From Atractiella rhizophila (Eukaryota): a stretch of DNA of 49,620 nucleotides. Positions within the stretch are counted from its first letter, which is position 1, and each line of letters opens with the position of its first letter. The DNA is taken from the NCBI GenBank assembly GCA_021432655.1, contig MU271530.1:1-49620 (forward strand), given 5' to 3'. Shown here one piece after another: positions 11,544 through 25,155 of the stretch. The notes beneath the pieces are model-generated. The model was given only the letters and a program-made list of their open reading frames with translations. It ran no database searches and was not told the origin of the DNA. The position numbers and the translations under genes were made by a program.

Positions 11544-13339
11544 ACATGTTTCGACGTGTGGGCTAAATCATTTGATACTCTTGCTAGCTGGTGCACTAAT
11601 AGCACTTTCTCCATATCTATCTATCATCTGTTCATCTGTTCCATCAAAAAAGCGAACGTGGATGCGACACGAGAAATTTGCCACTTGCGATTAACCAATA
11701 ACAATAAATACGAAGCTCTTGGCTCAGACACGTAGATTCTGCATTACCTCACCATGGCTCCCTCCAAAGGACGAAACAACGAAAGAACTTATCAGGAGAT
11801 CCTACATGTTCGCCACTCCCCTAGTGTTTGGTCTTGGTCGCTGGTCCTAGTTGGAGGACCAGGACCGATACAGCGGCAGGTATACACGCTACAGCCGTTC
11901 GTCAGTGTCTGTGGAATGGTACTGTGCATCAAACAACATCATCAACCGTTGATCAACCGCAGAATGGCAGAGCAAAATGGATTGGAAGGGGTGACAACAA
12001 AAAACTGGATCCTGCGTTCTAGTGGACGCATCTACTAACAGTTGTAAAGGTATTGAGTACGCCTTTTTCCCATCACCTTTTCCGTCCCTCACGCCCCATC
12101 CCAAGGCGTGGGTCGCTCATTACCTCCGCGATGATGCTCTCCCTTGAAGACCTTCCGATCCTTTCGACACCTCGATCTGGGCTGTCGCTGTCGTGGTGCT
12201 CTACGGCTTTTGCCGCTTGCTACCCGCTCGAAACCAACCTTTTCCCCTCATTCTCACCTCACCTGCTACAAGATCAAAGAGGGAGACACCACCGTACTTT
12301 CGCTTTCGCCTTACCGAAGGACAAAGTGTCGATCGCAAAACCGTTGACATAAACCTCATCAACCCCCGCGTTGGTTCTCCCTTCACTCTCGGCGCTGCTC
12401 CTGTGTTCATTCTTCCTTAACTCTCACTCGGCGTCTCTGCTTCCCAACCCCTCTTCTCTTACTGGTTAGCTCACGAGTCATGCTTCCTCGCTCGCCTAGA
12501 CGAAGAGGACTTTTTTGTCTCGCTGTCGAAGCTTACGGTCCCGTTATCCCTCAACTCAAGCTGACATCGAGGGCGTCTCGGGCCGCAGTTTTCACATCGG
12601 TGGTGCAGTGGGCTCTGGATCCACAAAGTGAATATCGATTTTATCATGATGGCTGGTCGTTGGAAGTCCATCTCACGGGAACTCTATATTCGCATAAAGG
12701 CACCAGTTACTATGAGCTGGTCGAATTGCTCCCCTTCCAACGTATTCTAGGGACATCCGCGAGGAGAATTTAGCGCAGTCGAAATGGGGCAAGCCGATCG
12801 CAAAGGCCGCTCCTCGTCGTGGCTGGTTGTTGGTCTACAGCAGGCGGAAGTAGCTTCCTCCCCTCTTGGAACGGCGTTCGTCGCAGCCTGCGGGTGTCTC
12901 TCTGCCTGACAACAACGTCGTTCAGGGACTTTCCAACTTCTTCGAGCTTAGGACCGTCTAATCCCTGGTAATACTCGGGCCTCCCTCGCACACGGAAGCC
13001 GGAAGAGAGTAACCCTCAAAGCAGCGTGCTTTCGTTCTTATTGTTCGGAGATTTGCCTCGTCCCGCCGTGTTTGGAAAGTTCATTTCACCATTTCAGCGA
13101 GCGAGCAAAATCGCCGCATCGAAGCTAGAGCAGCGCGTTTGGATAGCATTCTTGTGAGGGAATGTACACAGGAGACAGATAAATGCAGAAATGCAGATAA
13201 TCGACAGTGTGCTGTATGTTCCGACCCGAATTGCCGACATTGCGAAGATGACTTCGCGAGGGATTTAGCAGCTACTTCTATGACCACATCCTCTTTTCTC
13301 GCCTTTTCGTCTTCGGTTTCAAGGGTGTTGCAGGTGGCC

Positions 13340-16043
13340 ATGTCCACGATAGAGCAACAAATCCAACGAGGGGCTATCGGGGGGTCATTTGGCCCTTTTC
13401 CCGCTCAATCGTCATTTCGAGGCGATTCCTCTGCAGTTGGCGACGAATCTTTCGACTCCTCCAACCCAACTCGTCGCCTTCTCCCCCGCAAATCGTCTCA
13501 TGGCCGCGAGTTGCGATACTCCACCACTGGCGCTGAACTCTACCCCGAAGAGTATGAGAAGGAAGAGAACGCTCGCCTGTCCGCTTACCTCCCTCCAGGC
13601 GCGGTTGGAGGTATGGCCCCGGGAACCGAATTCGAGGACGCTCGCATCGCAAGACAACAGTCGGGTCTCTCTTACATGTCGTCTTATTCCAACGCACCTC
13701 CTTCCCCCGCATTCCCTGGTCGTTCGGGTGCGTCGTCCAGTTACGCGGAGACGATGAGCAGCTTGTTGTGGACGGACGCAAATAAGGAGGGCGACGATTG
13801 GCTTCATGACCCAGGAGAGGCTTATGGGAGCAAAGGAGCTTGGGGAGCGGGAAGTTCGAAAAACCGCAGACGTCCTGGATTCCAGCTCTTTTCCAGCAGA
13901 GGTTTCTTGAATTCGGCTGCTTTGCTCATCCTTGTCGCGGGTTTACTCGCTCTCTTCGTCGCCTGGCCTATCATTGATTTTTATCATAACCACAATCTCC
14001 TGAACAACGCAGGAGGCTTCTTCGGTCCAGGAGGGACGAACGCAAGTGGACAAGTCAGTATCATCTCTCCTCTCTCTCTGCCCAATGGCTCCTTTGCATT
14101 GACGTGTTCCATGGGTGCAGGTTGGCGAAGTAGCAGGCTGGAACGGCCTTGTGGACAAAGACACCAAGGACCCAGTGAAGAAGTGGATGTCCCCAGTACA
14201 GGGTGATACGCTCGACATTGTATTCTCAGACGAGTTCAATGTCGATGGTCGCACGTTCTATCCGGGAGATGATCCATTTTGGGAAGCAGTAGATTTGCAT
14301 TATTGGGCCACTGCGTGCGTTGACTGACTCCACGCCTGCTGTCGTAAACCTGAAAAACTGACTCTGCTGCTCTGCTGCTCAGCGATCTGGAATGGTATCA
14401 CGTACGTTGTTCCCAAACGGTTAGATTGTAGGTTGATGAGAACTCGAATGATAGCCCGATGCGATTAGGACTCGCAATGGTAACCTCGAGATTACGATGA
14501 CAGAGGAACCCCAGAGCGGACTGAATTGGAAGTCAGGGATGCTTCAAAGCTGGAATAAGTTCTGTAAGTCTTCCGTTCCATTGTGTGTGCTGTAAGCTGA
14601 CAGTGATTTCCGAAGGTTTCACGGGTGGTTACATCGAAGTCAACGTCTCGCTCCCTGGAAATCCTAATTGGTGCGCCGTTCGCTTTCAGAAAGGATGCGC
14701 TAAAGAGTCTTGATGAAGGTTCGGTCTATGGCCCGGAGCGTGGACTATCGGCAACCTCGCTCGACCTGGTTCGTCTCCCTTCTTACATTTACTTCCTCTT
14801 CCCCATCTTCTGAGCGTCTCTCATAATGATGTAAGGCTACGGAGCAACGAACGATGGTGTCTGGCCTTACTCCTACGATGTGTGCGATGTCGGTACCTAT
14901 CCCAACCAAACTCGAAAAGACAACACTCCATCAGCTGCTTTGACCTCTGGTAGCGTCAAGTACTACGGTGGAGAGCTCGCCTATTCTCCAGGACAGAGGT
15001 TGTCAGCCTGCACCTGTCCAGGAGCAGATCATCCAGGTCCAATGCGGAATGGAAAGTTTGTAGGACGAGCTGGTCCCGAAATCGATATCCTCGAGTCTCA
15101 GTCTTTTTTCGATAGTAAACCAGGTGCCTCGGTTTCACAGTCTATCCAGGTGGCTCCCTTCGACGCCGCCTATGAGTTCAGGAACGATTCGACCGCAGCG
15201 ACAATCTATAACCCTGAGACATCGGTTTTTAATTCCTTTAAAGGATCAGTTTATCAGGAATCTGTTTCGGTGATATCGAGCACAGACACCCAGGCTTACA
15301 ATGGGAATTCCTATAAGACTTACGGTTGGTTACTGTTTTCGCGGTAGTGAGAAATTAAAGGAAGTGTAGGATTTGATTACAAACCCGGAAAGGACGGTTG
15401 GATTACTTGTGAGTGCCTCTTTTATAGTGTTCCCTTTCTGACTTACTTCCTCTGCGATGCAAAGGGTACTACGATGGCCAGCCCACTTGGACCATGCAGG
15501 CAGCAGCCATTGGACCGAATACATTGACCGAAATCTCCCAGCGCTTGGTGTCTGAAGAACCCATGTCGATCGTTCTCAATTTTGCGTTCTCAACTAAGTT
15601 CCAAGGAGACCCTTCATATGGTAAAATTGTATTCCCTCAGACTTTCTACATCGATTACGTCCGCATCTATCAGAGGGGAAGTGTGAATGTAGGATGCGAG
15701 TACGCAGTTCTTTTGAAATAAGACGGTGGAAGAAGTGCTGATGATGCCTGGTTTGTGCGCAGCCCGAAAGATCATCCAACTGCTCAATACGTACGTCTTC
15801 TGCTGTTTAAGAAGGGACATCGGCTTATAGGGATATACAGATACAAGACCACCCGAACGCTTATATGAAGTATGTTCCTTCCTCATCCACATAGTGAGGC
15901 AACAATTAACTTTTCTCATTTAGCCCGCTCACCACAACCTGGGCACAAGCTGGTTATCAGTGGCCAGTGAATGGAGATTACGGTTGGTCCTTCCTGTCTG
16001 TATCTAAGCATGCAAACTGAATCAGAGAATAGACACCTGTTAG
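13340..16043 (+). CDS. KRE6: Beta-1,6-glucan synthesis-associated GH16 protein (Kre6/Skn1 family), multi-exon
   Basis: DDWLHDP, one TM helix (RGFLNSAALLILVAGLLALFVAWPI), VFSDEFNVDGRTFYPGDDPFWEAVDLHYWAT, SGMLQSWNKFC, GQRLSACTCPG...GPEIDILE, IDYVRIYQ. Confidence 0.93.
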
Positions 16044-16676
16044 ACAGCTGCTAGAAGCTGAGCCGAGTGGGGGCTGCTTAAATCCTGATGGATGGAATGA
16101 ACTGGCTGCTTTTTCGCTCCACTTTTCTTTATGTCTTTCTTACGACTTGCAGAGATTATTCGCTTTTAAGTAACCTTGCCTCTCGCATGCGGTCCTGTCT
16201 TATTCCCTCTCTTATGTAATCGTTCTTTGTTTCAAAGATTTCACTTGTGTGCCACAAAATGAGCAAGATATGTCCCATTTTTCAAATCTAGGAGTACAGG
16301 ACGCAAAACATGTGGCCTCGAGCATGAACTCATAGGCAGACTGAATCGAAATACGAAGATTACTGCGACTGCTTGAAAAAGGCTCGCGCTCTTGAGCGAT
16401 CCCGCGATTTTGAGTCAATGGAGTTATATCCGCATGCTGACGGCAACGGCAACAATCACTTGTAACCTGGAAGTCGACGCTGGCTGGCATCAGCATAGGA
16501 AAAGACTACGTCGGGTCGGGAGGAGTAAGTGTCTGTGTGCTCCAACAAAGACTAGGTCATGGTCGAACCACAACGCTCTCCACCTCCTAGTTTTCTGCGA
16601 CCTGAAGCCATTCACCACAATGGATGCGATCCGTGAAGCACAACCTGAGAGTAGTCAGAATAGCCTTAAAGCGAAC

Positions 16677-17317
16677 CTACTCGGTCGCTTCTCCCTTGAA
16701 TACCTTATCCGCCAGGTCATCAGCTGCTCGTCGACTCATTCCAGAGAGTCGATGCTTCGTGTAGAGCTTAGATAAATCCTTGAACCCTCTGAGAAGTGAG
16801 TCGCGAAGTATGACTTCTGAATGAAGGATTTTGAATTGATTTCCAATCTTGACTTGATTATAGTCTGTAATAAATTGTCCAAGCGAGTGATGATTGTCAC
16901 CGCGAGTAGCTGAACATCTCATCAGAACGTTGCACATATGGCCTGAAAGCCAACCCACCGTCGTTCTGCCAACTCACATTAGCCAGGAGACCATCCAATC
17001 CAATTCAAAAACCCCAAAAGAAAAAGTCCAGATCATCTCCTAGGATTCCTGCAAGAAAATCCTAACTTCTTAGATGATCTTGCTGAGACCAACGTAAATA
17101 CTGCGTCAGATTCCTCCTCATCCTTCGCAATATTTAACACACTGTTTTCAAGAATGAATCGAAGCCGAATCCGCTCTGTTCCAGCAACATCAGTTATCAA
17201 TGTTGATACCGACTGCAAAGGAAAGCTGGTGACTACTACGGTATAATTGCTATCGCCTCTATAGGATATGTTCTCAAGCTTTCTGCCTAATGCCTGATAC
17301 TCACCGGCGTTCAACAA
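16677..17317 (-). other. Possible hypothetical gene or decayed gene fragments
   Basis: Two adjacent protein-like ORFs (17033-17317 and 16677-16958) with nearby splice-like signals. I could not build a clean gene model or recognise a domain. Confidence 0.3.
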
Positions 17318-17648
17318 TCAATTAACTCGATGGCCTTTCTGACCGCTCGCTCTTGCTTTGGATGCTGACAAGACCATGCCCGTTGGATTCCGCAGGAACT
17401 TCCGTGGGTTGCTGTACAGAATACTTCATGAACATCCTGGCGCTTTTGCACTGCAGGTTTCAAGGTAAACAATCGATACTTTGTTCCTCTAGTGTGCTGC
17501 AAGTCGCGGTAATGTTCTGCCAACATCAAGCATCAAGCAATTGTCGCCACCATGTTCCGTCTCTTAGCAAGGCTTGGGAACTTCAAAAGCAGACTCGAGT
17601 ATCCCTTCCCCATCTGATTAGAACCCTTCTGACTCTCGTAAACATCAA

Positions 17649-18585
17649 ATGAAGTCGCTACCAACTCCAGTACAAGCATTCTTTGTTGGACTCAACTTGC
17701 CTCCACCCTCAGCTCCTATTCCGAGCCCTGAAATCTTCTTCTCGATTCCCTCTACCCCTCTTACCACCAAGGCGATCACTCTAATCGAGCACCTTCTACC
17801 GACCTGGGCAGTGAATCATTGTTATCGCACGTTCTGTTACGCCATCGCCATCGCATCGAAAGGAGGTTGGGACAAACCTCCATTGGCGGAGCAGCTGGGA
17901 TGGGATAGAGAGGCAATTTTCCTTGCCTGCGTAATGCATGACATAGGCTGGGATCAGAATGCCCATATACAGGAAGATGGGGTTGGTTCTAAGCTTAGCT
18001 TCGAAATATTCGGAGGAATTAAAGCTCGCGAGGCTCTGCTCAAGTGGGGAGCTGGTCGTGAAATGGCTGACGAGGTCTGCGAGGCTATTATCAGACACAC
18101 GGTGGGGCTTTGTCACATCTTGATCACCAGTGCGTATCACTGATATTACGATCATAGGACATGGCTGAAGGTCTTGGAACAAGTAGGGAACACTAAGAAC
18201 CTTTGACATTCATGCTAATTCCCATTGTGATACAGTTCGATTGCTACTCGCTTGCGTACAACTTGGCGCTTCTCATGACATCCTTGGTTGGGCGTTAACG
18301 GCACCAATCATTATCCATCCTCTCGACCAAGAATATATCGTGAAAGTATATCCACGCCTCGGATTCACGGAAGAGCTTCACAGGATTATCCACACGGAAT
18401 GGACAAATAAGCCTGGATGCCTTTTTGAAAAAGCGAAGCCAGTCTTCAACAAACTCTTCGAGGAAAAGGAGAGACTGAAAGCGGCGGATGGGGAAAGGGA
18501 AAATGTGGGGAAGGAAGAAGAATGGAAGAAGAGAAGGGCAAGAGTTGATTTGGATGCAATCACTTTGGACGGCGTCGGCTTCTAA
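17649..18585 (+). CDS. HD-domain hydrolase, cyanamide hydratase-like, copy C
   Basis: VNHCYRTFCY...VMHDIG...LSFEIFGG...EAIIRHT|DMAEGLGT|IRLLLACVQLGASHDILG...YPRLGF...KPGC...RVDLDAITLDGVGF*. Introns are at the same positions as in A and B. Confidence 0.87.
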
Positions 18586-18761
18586 GCTATGTGCCACTGA
18601 ACACGAACTGTTATCTTTTGATCAGGATTGAAATGTGCACACCGTTAAAGAGAATTATCATAGGCACAATGGGCAAGCAAAAGTATGGCAATCATCACTG
18701 CAAGCCCCATGATTGTAGACGTGAGCCAGACGAAGAATACGTTACCAAAAAACTACAGCAA

Positions 18762-20057
<1,296 letters not shown>

Positions 20058-20189
20058 TCACGGCGGGCGGCAAAACGGACATTTCTTGCCTGGTTGCCGT
20101 ACATGAACACGCCAGCACCCCCCATAAAAAGTCAACACTTCGACTTTCGATATTCTGATTACGCGACTTAGAGATCTGCTATCCCGAAA

Positions 20190-22430
20190 ATGTACGAGAA
20201 AAATTCACTCGAGTGGAAGGATGGCAAGCCAGATGTGCTTGTTATCGGCTGCGGGTAAGTGAACCCTTCCTCTGGTTCTCTAGCCCTAATCTGTGGCATA
20301 GTGTATCAGCTATAAGCCTCGCCATTGAGCTTGAAAAAAGTCTCAATATCCAGCCACGGGTGCGTCTGGCGCGTGGGAACGAAGCATGTTCTGATGTTCA
20401 ACAGATTTACGAGAAAGCAGCAGAAGCTGGAGGGACCTGGTTTCTAAATACATATCCTGGTTGCGCTTGCGATGTGCCGTGAGTATAATCCTTGAGACGC
20501 GCAAATCATGACTGATGAAACACTCACTTAGTGCTCACTGTACGTCCTTAAAAGCGACGTTTTGAAACCACTCAATTTCACCGTTTAGGGTACTCACTTT
20601 CGACAGAGCTGAATCCGAACTGGTCATCACAATATGCAACTCAGCCTGAAATTCTCGCATACTGGCGCAAAATTTACGAGAAATACAAGATCTCCCGGTT
20701 TGTGACGTTCAACACAACTTTTCTCAAGGCTGTTTATCACACTTCACCTCTGCCGTATTACGAAGTTACACTTCTTTCTTCATCCGGCCAACCTTTCAAG
20801 ACAACGTGCCATGTTCTCATCTCAACTGTTGGCGGATTCTCGGTACCACTGATGACGCCTGCAAATTTACCCATTACTGGTGGGAGCTGCGTTCTCAACG
20901 GTGTACAACTTGCTGAGAGGTGAAAAGGTCTCGAGAACTTTCGTGGCGAGATGTTCCATTCTGCAGCTTGGAACTGGAAGGTCGACTTGAAAGGGAAACG
21001 AGTGGCGGCAATCGGGAATGGTTGCAGCGCCAGTCAGTTCGTAGCTGAGATTGGTAAGGAGGAGTGGGGACTCGAATGGTTGGGCAACTGGGTTCGGACG
21101 CCTAATTGGTACATGGACAGGGTGCGAAATTTAGCTCTCCCTCGCAGCTGCATCAAACATTGACGGTATCACAGGACCAATTCAAATACTCAGGATTCTC
21201 GAAATGGTTCTTGCGGAACGTGCCTGGTGCAAACAGGGCCTGGCGTATCTTTCTTTGGGGATCAGTGCGTCCTACCTAATTTCCTTTTAAATCTCCGTGT
21301 TAATGATAGTCGCTCCGCAGCGTGATGTCGCTTGGCCAGTTTGGGTTCTAGACAGACACCTGCTCCGAAATTATGCGGAATGGCAAGCTAGGCGGTACAT
21401 GAAGAAGACTGCGCCGAAGGAGTATCTAGATTGGCTCATTCCTAAATATCCGTTTGGTTGCAAGAGAGTCATTCTGGACCCAGGGTATTTAGAAGTTCTG
21501 CATCGTCCCAATGTCGAGCTCGTTACCAACCCTATTGACCACGTCACAGAGGATTCCATTGTCAACAAGGATGGGACAGAGACGAAAGTTGATGTTATCA
21601 TTTTAGGAACCGGATTCGACGTTGTTTGTTGATTCCTGCTCTTGAAAAAGACCATGCCCTGATGTTGAACCAGGCCGGCGCTGGAACCGGTTTGGACATC
21701 ATTGGGAAGAACGGGAAGAGGCTCATCGACCAATGGAACGAGGAGGGAGGACCTCAGGCATACTTGGGTACAACAGTCAAGAACTTTCCTAATGTTTACT
21801 TTATTCTTGGTCCTGTGAGTTCAAACTTCTATCTTCCTGAGTGCCCCTAACCAAGAGCATAGAACGTTGCAACCGGCCATACTTCGTGAGCTTGTCCATC
21901 TCACTCAGACGCAACTCTGATCGTTTTACAGGGCACTCACTTCAATCGAATGCCAAATTGGATACATTGTGCAGATGGTTGGAGCGATGGTAAACTATCG
22001 AGCAGAAGCGTTTGAAGTCAAAGCTGAAGCTGAAAACAACTACAACGACGATCTTCGCCGAAGGCTCAGTATGTCTTCATTCTCCTCTGTGCCTTTACTC
22101 AACGTTGACTCCAAACAGAAAACTCGGTGTGGCAAGGGGGATGCAGTACATATTACAAGTCCGTTTCCCCAGTTGGAATGATTGCGAGCTAACAAGAAAG
22201 ACAGTCATGGCTCCAAAACTGTAGCCACCTTCCCAGGACCTGTAGCAAAGTACTGGTGGCTCACAAAGACGCCCGTCTGGCGTGATTACATCCAAGTTGG
22301 TGGAAAGCAGAGCGTGGCGCAAGCGAAGCGGGTGAAGAAGATACTGTTTTCTCTATTCTTTGCACTTTCTGCTTTGCTCGTTGGGTTTCTCCAAGCACGC
22401 GGTCAACTGTCGAATCTGATTTCTGCTTGA
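20190..22430 (+). CDS. FAD/NADPH-dependent Baeyer-Villiger-type monooxygenase, multi-exon
   Basis: [21 protein letters not shown] fingerprint [44 protein letters not shown], and a C-terminal hydrophobic helix. Confidence 0.92.
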
Positions 22431-22561
22431 TTTGCTCTTCTCCTTACATTAGCGGGTATTCTGAGTAAAGTTGTATATAATGACGCTTCCAATTTGTATT
22501 CTCCTTTATATTCTGCCTTCGCGGTACGGCCTGAGACCGTCCTGTAGAATATAACATGATA

Positions 22562-24668
22562 CTATTTCTTTGTTTTGAGCAATCCTCGCATCATATCAAA
22601 TGTGTTGCCATCCGGTTGAAGATCAATAATTTGCCTCGATGCTACGCTTTCAGTCCTCAGCAAACCAGAATCTTCAGTGATGCCTTTGATGATGACCTTT
22701 TCGTCCGTTTCTTCAATCGTCACGAGTTGGTCGCTATGCCAAGGATTAAACTGCTTCCATGGTTAGCTGAGAATGAGAAGACGTGCCTGTGAAGCCAGTG
22801 CTGGATATAAGAATCAAGGAACGGTCGGAAGTCGCCTTGGGTCGAAATGAAACTGCGATACATCATTTCGAACTTGATGAGGACCCTGGCGAGAAGCTCT
22901 TCTTGTGTCAATGCCGGGATTGGGGCGGTTGTTCGTGGTAGATTACGGTTCTGATACTCTATGAGTTCGTTGATCGATGTTGTTGGACGAGGGTTGGACG
23001 TGTTGATTCCACAGCCTATGGTTAATTGTTCGGTACTTCATTCAGGTTTGTCACAGATGGGACTTACCAACTACAATCTGGAATACATTGTTGATGAACG
23101 TGGAGTTAACTAGGATTCCACCAATTTTTTTCCATCTCTCCCCTCTCCCGTCATCCATCTCAACATAAACATCGTTGGGCCATTTAAGTCTGATCTGCAA
23201 GTCTTCGTACACGCCTTCGCTTCGAAGACCTTCAACAACTGCAAGGCCCATTATGTATTGGATGAAAATCACTCTCATGGCAAATGTTGCTGGGAGAGAG
23301 AGCGTGAACGAGAATTGGAGACAGCCGGGCGACGAGACCCATGGATTCGTGCCCCGTCCACGACCTGAGATTTGGTGGGAAGCGAGGAAGACGGTGTGTA
23401 GAGGCACAAGGGAAAGCACGGTTGGATTCCTAAGATATTTGATCACGCTTTTTCTGACCGTGAGCGAATGAAAGAATGGCGTACTTGTCAAGTAGCGTTT
23501 GGGTACTCGTCAACGACTCTCCATAGAACAAGAGGCTTCCGAACTCCCAAACACTTTCTGACGAGACTGCGGAACGATAGGTCTTCAAAAGAGTGAAGAA
23601 ACGGCGCAAATCGAAGAGAGGCACCTCTGACTGATTTGGTAATTCACTCTCGCAGAAAATAAACTCCTTCGTCCTCCCCTTCAGCTCGTCGAAATCCAAA
23701 GTAGGGATTTGTGAACGAGCTTCTTTGAACAGACTTGGAAGCGAAGCCTGAGAACTGAAGTGAAAGACGTCGTGGGCATCACGGATCGATGCGTCTTGCG
23801 CCTTTGTTTCGATTGCTCTTTTGAATGAAGCGACGCGTGATTGGTCCGCGCTAACCACTAGGATCGGTAGGAGATGTGGGATAGATGTCTGAATGGCAGC
23901 AGTTTCGAGACCTAGTAGTGCGAGAGCAGCCCTGAAAAGGTTTTGTCGATCCTTGTAATCTTTCGTCAACTCTTCCTCATTTCGCGTCTTCATCTGATTC
24001 CCATCGTCGACAGCAAGCGGTGCAAAGTGTTCAGGATGAGTGCCCCATAGAATGGCTGCACCTTTGCCTACTGTGCAAAATACCCCAGCTGGCGGTCTAT
24101 CCTGCACATCTTCGTATCTGGCTAACACTTTAAAGTTCTCATCTTCAGCGTCGATGAAACATCCTCCACCATTCCAATAGCTCTTCATGTTCCTAGGAAC
24201 ATCGGCCCAAACGTCCCTCCAAAGCGTTCGTTCCATTGAGATTGTGAGATCTTTTGCTCCATTCTCCGTCTCATATTCGAAGCCATCGACTACGCCTCCT
24301 CGACATGTGCCACTCCAAAACCCAAGACCTCTCTCTCCCTTGACTTCTAGCTTCTTGCCGACCTCAAACTCGACCCTCTTGCTTGCAAAATACGCTCCAG
24401 CGCAGATCCCCAGATATTTGCCACCATCCAAAACGAAGTCGCGAATACGTTGCTGGCCAACGGATGATAATGATTCTATGTAGGGAAGGTCTCGTCCTCC
24501 GGGTATGATCAAGAGGGATGTACTCGGCTGCCAGGGATCATGTATGATTTGTTTCGCGTTCACTTCGATAATTGAGTGTGTTTGAGAAAGCAGCAATCGA
24601 AGTGCAAGCCGAGTCTCAGAGAACGAGCGTGCTGAGACTCCAGGGCCATTATACACGAGTACATTCAT
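22562..24668 (-). CDS. BPL1: Biotin-protein ligase (holocarboxylase synthetase) with N-terminal BPL_N domain
   Basis: MNVLVYNGPG...PGGRDLPY...YLGICAGAY; STQTLL; QISGRGRGTNPWVSSPGCLQFS; LKWPNDVY; KIGGILVN; LQPDGNTFDMMRGL. Confidence 0.95.
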
Positions 24669-25155
24669 ATCTATTGATTTTGTTTGGAAGTGGGTCGCGC
24701 GGCCGATGGACTGATAGCTAACTTCAAGTTGAAGTAGAATTTGACGGAGTCTGGTGATTTCCTCCAGTAATAATATTTTGCCCCAACCACGATAATGCAA
24801 TATCAAGCAATGCCCCAACAACTTGAAGGCACCAAGCAACTTGAACACTTGAACCTGACTGATGAGTCAAGCTACCTGGTTTCATTTTTGACGTTCTCTT
24901 AATTAGTCGAGTACATGACCTTTTCTTTTTGGATGCTTGCAAATCATGATAACGAGTCGGATGTTCGTATTCGTGAAAACTCACCAGGGCTGAAGGTAGA
25001 CGAGCTGTCTTAATTAGGGAGTGCTGAACAACAGCGTTCTATTGTGAATGGTGTACAAATGGATACAGACTGTATACATACGGTGGATATCGTTATGATT
25101 TGATGAATGTTACACAGAGAAATCATGAGATTGACTTCGACGTGAACCGAAAACA

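Noticed and set aside
16212..16496. Cys-rich ORF resembling a RING finger
   Set aside because: Cys/His spacing does not fit RING and no coherent gene model supports it.
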